From NCBI GenBank assembly GCA_965223485.1, contig OZ244993.1, forward strand, positions 1,513,527 to 1,577,526: a stretch of 64,000 nt of DNA. The letters run 5' to 3'. This document shows, piece after piece, positions 60,001 to 64,000 of this stretch (positions are counted from its first letter, which is position 1; each line of letters opens with the position of its first letter). The notes under the pieces are model-generated. The model was not told the origin of the DNA. It made no database searches and saw nothing but the letters and a program-made list of their open reading frames with translations. This stretch comes from Rhodothermales bacterium (GTDB taxonomy: Bacteria > Bacteroidota > Rhodothermia > Rhodothermales > VXPQ01). Both the position numbers and the translations under genes were made by a program.

Positions 60001-60651
60001 ATGAAACTCCAGTCTGCTTCCTACTCCCCGGACGAGGCGATCGAGCGCGCGCAGCGCTTCGCGGAAGATATGGTGCGCCGCCGTACCGTCCGCCATTTCG
60101 ATTCCCGGCCTATCCCGGACGAGGTGCTCGACGCCGCGTTACTCGCTGCGGCCTCCGCACCGAGTGGTGCGAATCGCCAGCCGTGGCGTTTCGTGGTGGT
60201 TCGCGACGCGGGGATCAAGTCCAGAATCCGCGTGGGGGCGGAAGCCGAGGAGCACGAATTCTACAACCGGCGGGCTACCCGCGAATGGCTGGAAGCGCTG
60301 GTCCCGTTCGGGACGGACGAAAACAAACCGTTCCTCGAAGAGGCCCCTGTGCTCATCGCCATCTTTCTCGAACGCTATGGACTGGGCAAGGACGGCAAAC
60401 GCATCAAGAATTACTACACGTCGGAATCTGTGGGCATTGCCACCGGCTTTTTGATCGCGGCCCTGCATCATGCCGGCGTCGCCACCCTTACGCACACGCC
60501 CAGTCCGATGGGTTTCCTGAACGAGATTCTGGACAGGTCTCGCAACGAAACCCCGTTTCTACTGCTGGTAGCGGGATATCCGCGCGAGGACGCCGAGGTG
60601 CCCGACATCGAAAAGCTGCCGTTCGATACGGTGGTCCGTTATATTGGCTGA
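60001..60651 (+). CDS. nitroreductase-family flavoprotein
   Basis: RRTVRHFDSRPIP...APSGANRQPWRFVVV is the N-terminal nitroreductase signature. 216 aa. Confidence 0.85.
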   Translation: MKLQSASYSPDEAIERAQRFAEDMVRRRTVRHFDSRPIPDEVLDAALLAAASAPSGANRQPWRFVVVRDAGIKSRIRVGAEAEEHEFYNRRATREWLEALVPFGTDENKPFLEEAPVLIAIFLERYGLGKDGKRIKNYYTSESVGIATGFLIAALHHAGVATLTHTPSPMGFLNEILDRSRNETPFLLLVAGYPREDAEVPDIEKLPFDTVVRYIG

Positions 60652-60764
60652 CCGCCGCCCAGGCATTGTGTCCTTATCCGTATTTTTTAGGGCGCGTCCT
60701 GCTGCGCAGATTGTTTTTCCGGGAAACCGGGCTCGAACCTCTGTCGAACTTTTCTTTTATCCCG

Positions 60765-61673
60765 ATGCCGCTGGCGCCCCGTTCGCTTTTTGCCTGTATC
60801 CTTCTGGCATTCCTGCTGGCCGCTTGCTCGATGCAAGAAGAGCTTCCGCCCGAGCCAGAAATACAGCAAACGGTGTTTACCATAGGCGGCGACCGCCCCG
60901 CCACCCTGAAACTCCCGATGGGGTACGATACCATGGGTTCCCTTCCCGTCGTGCTCAGCCTGCACGGTTTTCAGGGTACTCCCGCGGGCCATGATGAGTA
61001 CTGGGGCCTTTCCGAGCGGGTCGATGCCGATAACTTTGCCCTGATCCTGCCCGCCGGGACGCGCAATCCCTCCGGCCTGCGTTTCTGGAACGCCACAGAC
61101 TTCTGCTGCAACTTCTTCGAGTCCGAAGTGGATGATGTGGCCTATCTCGCCAGTCTCATCGAAGAAGCGGGCGAGTATATTTCGGTGGGCCGCATCTTTT
61201 CGGTCGGGCACTCCAACGGCGGCTTCATGTCCTACCGCCTTGCCTGCGAAGGTTTTCCGGGTCTGACCGCAATCGCTCCGCTTGCAGGCGCCTCTTTTCT
61301 GGACCCGGCCCGTTGCGAATCGGCGCCGCCGGTTTCCGTGTTGCACATCCACGGCACCGAGGACAAGGTCATTTTCTATCGAGGAAGCACCGACGGCGCC
61401 GGGCACGTCGGCGCCGAGGACGTGGTGGAGCGCTGGGCCGAACGCGCGGGATGCGACCTTTTCAGGGCCGAAGAACTTCCCGCCATCGACATCGACAATG
61501 CGAACGCCGGCGAGGAAACCGACCGCATTCGCTACCGTGAGGGCTGCCAGGACGGCATTACGGTCGAGCTCTGGAGGATCAACGAGGGCTCGCACAGTCC
61601 CTGGTTGACATCAAGCTATGCGGAGCGCCTGATCGACTGGTTACTGAACGAATCCCGGACGGAGGCGTCGTAA
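60765..61673 (+). CDS. PHB-depolymerase-family esterase / alpha-beta hydrolase lipoprotein
   Basis: Lipobox LLAFLLAACS, nucleophile elbow GHSNGG, and LHGFQGT and HIHGTED motifs. The upstream 290 codons of the listed ORF 59886-61673 overlap the nitroreductase gene and are discounted. Confidence 0.8.
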   Translation: MPLAPRSLFACILLAFLLAACSMQEELPPEPEIQQTVFTIGGDRPATLKLPMGYDTMGSLPVVLSLHGFQGTPAGHDEYWGLSERVDADNFALILPAGTRNPSGLRFWNATDFCCNFFESEVDDVAYLASLIEEAGEYISVGRIFSVGHSNGGFMSYRLACEGFPGLTAIAPLAGASFLDPARCESAPPVSVLHIHGTEDKVIFYRGSTDGAGHVGAEDVVERWAERAGCDLFRAEELPAIDIDNANAGEETDRIRYREGCQDGITVELWRINEGSHSPWLTSSYAERLIDWLLNESRTEAS

Positions 61674-61742
61674 GGGAAAGGGTTCCTGGGATTTTTCAAG
61701 CGAAAGCCCCTATTTTCCAACGAAACGGTATAAAAGCACGAC

Positions 61743-61970
61743 ATGCGACCATCGGATATTTTGTCAGAAACTGCAAGAATCCGGGAAATGCTGGAGATTC
61801 TCAAGCGGGTGAAAACGCAAACCGGTTCTCTTTGGTCGGCGTATGTCTGGTTTCGCTCTGAACCGATGCAGGGATTTGGGGGCATGACTCCAAGCCAACT
61901 TGTTCGGGAAGGCAAAGCGAGCCATGTCCATGCGTATCTTGACCGTATCATGGCGGGTGGTTATGCGTAA
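61743..61970 (+). CDS. DUF2384 (Xre/MbcA/ParS-type antitoxin C-terminal domain) protein
   Basis: 75 aa ending W..EPMQGFGGMTPSQLVREGKASHVHAYLDRIMAGGYA, the characteristic DUF2384 pattern. Confidence 0.7.
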   Translation: MRPSDILSETARIREMLEILKRVKTQTGSLWSAYVWFRSEPMQGFGGMTPSQLVREGKASHVHAYLDRIMAGGYA

Positions 61971-63501
61971 GGTAACCCCCCATCGGCTATTACAGGCAGC
62001 TCTCGTTCTTGCAGCGGCGGCCGCACTCGTCGCGCCTACGACCGCACAGGACAGGGCAGTACTGATCTCTCCGAATGTCGTTTGCCGCGCGGCGCCCTCG
62101 TTTACGGCCGATGCACTGGGGGTCTTCCGGCACATGGGCGACGAAGGGGGGACGTTCGTCGAGGTCGCGCGCAGGGATACGAGCGCCGCCGGGGAGGTGT
62201 GGGTGTACTTGTATGAGGCTTATTCCAAATGGGCAGGCGTCGCCAACGGGTGTTGGATCCCGGAATCGGTCATTTCTCCAACGGACGGATACTCCTTGTC
62301 GGAGGCGCACCTCCTGCAAATGGCCGACGGCCTGCTTTCCATGCCCGAGGAGGTACCGGTGAGCGATCTGGTAGCCGTCTACAATCTGTTTGGGCATCCC
62401 TGGCATCGAACGGTTGTCGAAGGGTCGCCGGAGCTTGAGTTGCGTCGGCTCCAATTGCTCGAGCGCGCTCTGTTGGAGGCGAATGACCAGGATTTTGCCG
62501 CGGACGATCTGCTGGTTATAGCCTGGATGGGGTCGCTCGGCGACCAGGTCCATGGCTCCAGGGGGGTCCTTGAGCAGACGGATCTGGCGATCGTCGCGCC
62601 CGCTGTGGCCTGCCGCCCCGCTCCGGCCGAGCCCCCGACAGCGAACGGCCCCACGCTTCAGCTAGACTACCATTTCAATACCGGACATCCGGATACCGTC
62701 GTCGCCGGCGAAGCATGGACTTTCGTGTTCGACGGGTGCTGGGTGAGCAAGTCGCTGACCGCCCCCGGCGACACGGACGAGCACGTCCTGGCGATTGCGG
62801 ATCGGTTCGAGTCGACGGGCGATAAGTGGTCGAGGACGAACCTGTTGCGGGCGTATAACGTCCTGTCGAGCCGCAACCACGGTCACAGAGACATGGTCGA
62901 AGCCTCGGCGATTCTAAGTTTGCGGCGCCTGGAAGTGCTCGGCCGGTGGCTAATGACGTTTTACCGGTTCAACGCGGATCCACTCACCCGTTCCATAGTC
63001 CAGTCCCTTGACACAGAGGTCCAGTCTTTTGAGCCCGGCGGAAGTTGGATTCTGCGCGATGAGGCCTTCCTGGACCTCTACGAACAACACAAAGATAGTC
63101 CCGTTGCCCACGAGATTCTTTGGAAGTTGGCGAATTGGGTGGCTCCCCACGACTGCGAGGGGCAGTTCTCCTGCACCTTCCATGTGCGTGTCATGGAGAG
63201 ATGGGCCAGGTACTGGATCGAGTATCCGCACGGTCCCCGCGTAGCAGAAGCGGTATCCACAGCCCAAGATATAATGGAGTACTTTCTGGAAGGATGCAGG
63301 GCTTCACGGAATGCCGCGCCTGAATCCTGGCAGGCGAGGTGGGGCGAGCACGTAGCATGGGAGTACGGCGGTGCGGAGGTAGCAGCTGACTTGCGAGCGT
63401 CATTGACGGAGGTTGAGGAGGCGATCAAGGCGCCGTTGCTGAACTCTTTGGACGAGCTTGAGGCGTGTGTGGCGGAGGTGGGAGAGCAGGAGCGCCGCTG
63501 A
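61963..63501 (+). CDS. secreted protein of unknown function with an internal duplication
   Basis: The start ATG overlaps the upstream stop (ATGCGTAA). Signal peptide LVLAAAAALVAPTTAQD. Two related about 150-aa halves share V.CR.AP...GCW(I/V)...H(L/V)L..AD...YN(L/V)...LRRL..L. Confidence 0.6.
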   Translation: MRKVTPHRLLQAALVLAAAAALVAPTTAQDRAVLISPNVVCRAAPSFTADALGVFRHMGDEGGTFVEVARRDTSAAGEVWVYLYEAYSKWAGVANGCWIPESVISPTDGYSLSEAHLLQMADGLLSMPEEVPVSDLVAVYNLFGHPWHRTVVEGSPELELRRLQLLERALLEANDQDFAADDLLVIAWMGSLGDQVHGSRGVLEQTDLAIVAPAVACRPAPAEPPTANGPTLQLDYHFNTGHPDTVVAGEAWTFVFDGCWVSKSLTAPGDTDEHVLAIADRFESTGDKWSRTNLLRAYNVLSSRNHGHRDMVEASAILSLRRLEVLGRWLMTFYRFNADPLTRSIVQSLDTEVQSFEPGGSWILRDEAFLDLYEQHKDSPVAHEILWKLANWVAPHDCEGQFSCTFHVRVMERWARYWIEYPHGPRVAEAVSTAQDIMEYFLEGCRASRNAAPESWQARWGEHVAWEYGGAEVAADLRASLTEVEEAIKAPLLNSLDELEACVAEVGEQERR

Positions 63502-63576
63502 TCGAAGCGGTTTTGATCAGAGTATCCTTAACATGGAGCACCGCTTGTCCCGGTTTAACGGTACTGCCCACACTTT

Positions 63577-64000
63577 ATGCGCTCCTTCCAACCTCACCTC
63601 TTTGTCATCCTCGGCGCCAGCGGCGACCTGACGTCACGCAAGCTGGCGCCCGCCCTGTTTCATCTCATGGAGCGGCATGACGAACTGCGCTATTGCCACA
63701 TTCTTGGCGTGGCCCGGTCCGACATGTCCGACACAGCCTTCCGGGACGATGTCCGGGAGGCGCTGCACGAGCAGCATCCTGAGGGCTCCGATCTTTCCTC
63801 CTGGTGCCAAGATCACGTGTTTTATCAGTCGTTGGGGGGCGGAGGCAACGGCTACGATGGACTTGCCCGCCGGATTGCCTCCATCGAGAAGGAATGCGGT
63901 CTGCCCGGAAACCGGGTCTTCTACCTTGCCCTGCCCCCAAAGACGTTCCCCGGAACCATCGAAGCCCTTGGACAGGCCAATCTCCACGAGACAGCAGGCT
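63577..64000 (+). CDS. zwf: glucose-6-phosphate dehydrogenase, N-terminal part (3' end outside window)
   Basis: Hand translation from ATG 63577 gives MRSFQPHLFVILGASGDLTSRKLAPALFHL...FYLALPPKTF, carrying the G6PD NADP-binding motif GASGDLT.RK. The frame is open to the window end and is not in the ORF track. Confidence 0.9.
   Translation, partial: MRSFQPHLFVILGASGDLTSRKLAPALFHLMERHDELRYCHILGVARSDMSDTAFRDDVREALHEQHPEGSDLSSWCQDHVFYQSLGGGGNGYDGLARRIASIEKECGLPGNRVFYLALPPKTFPGTIEALGQANLHETAG

Noticed and set aside
59886-60764. N-terminal 290 codons of the listed 595-aa ORF 59886-61673
   Set aside because: This part overlaps the well-supported nitroreductase gene (60001-60651) in another frame and is Arg/Gly/Pro-rich with no motifs. 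The esterase begins at the lipoprotein signal at ATG 60765.

Overview
This is a high-GC chromosomal window. I infer a Rhodothermia/Bacteroidota-type organism from four proteins ending in T9SS (Por) C-terminal sorting domains and from TTG/TAnnTTTG-like promoter elements.

Layout:
- 1-13.3 kb: housekeeping genes (pfkA 3' end, SDR, OMP-like protein, clpX, AI-2E permease, tgt, ispH, SAM methyltransferase, two lipoproteins, M20 dipeptidase, dgoD).
- 13.4-40.3 kb: three giant repeat-built surface proteins (2819, 2574 and 2759 aa) around a tRNA-Leu(CAA). This block also holds a duplicated 3' cassette, a fossil sorting domain, a (CT)24 microsatellite in a 5' leader, perfect 297-bp repeats and an IS3 remnant.
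- 40.4-48.1 kb: a glycan-degradation cluster (CBM9/DUF5916 outer-membrane protein, GH5-CBM6-CTD, a truncated CBM9-like gene, and a GH10 xylanase with repeat arrays over its start and promoter).
- 48.2-51.7 kb: VOC protein, ppk2, M20 deacylase, DinB.
- 51.75-59.95 kb: an AT-rich accessory (defence-like) island. It carries decayed RhuM and SLOG fragments, a DUF2283 antitoxin, a helicase-less fused nuclease/N6-adenine methyltransferase, a Fic protein, and the most unusual locus in the window.
- 60-64 kb: nitroreductase, esterase, a DUF2384 antitoxin-like gene coupled to a secreted protein, and the zwf 5' part.

The standout locus is two unannotated micro-ORFs ending in K-P9-KK. They bracket a 3-TM membrane protein gene that an IS481-family element has split.

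All functional calls come from motif recognition by eye. No searches were run.
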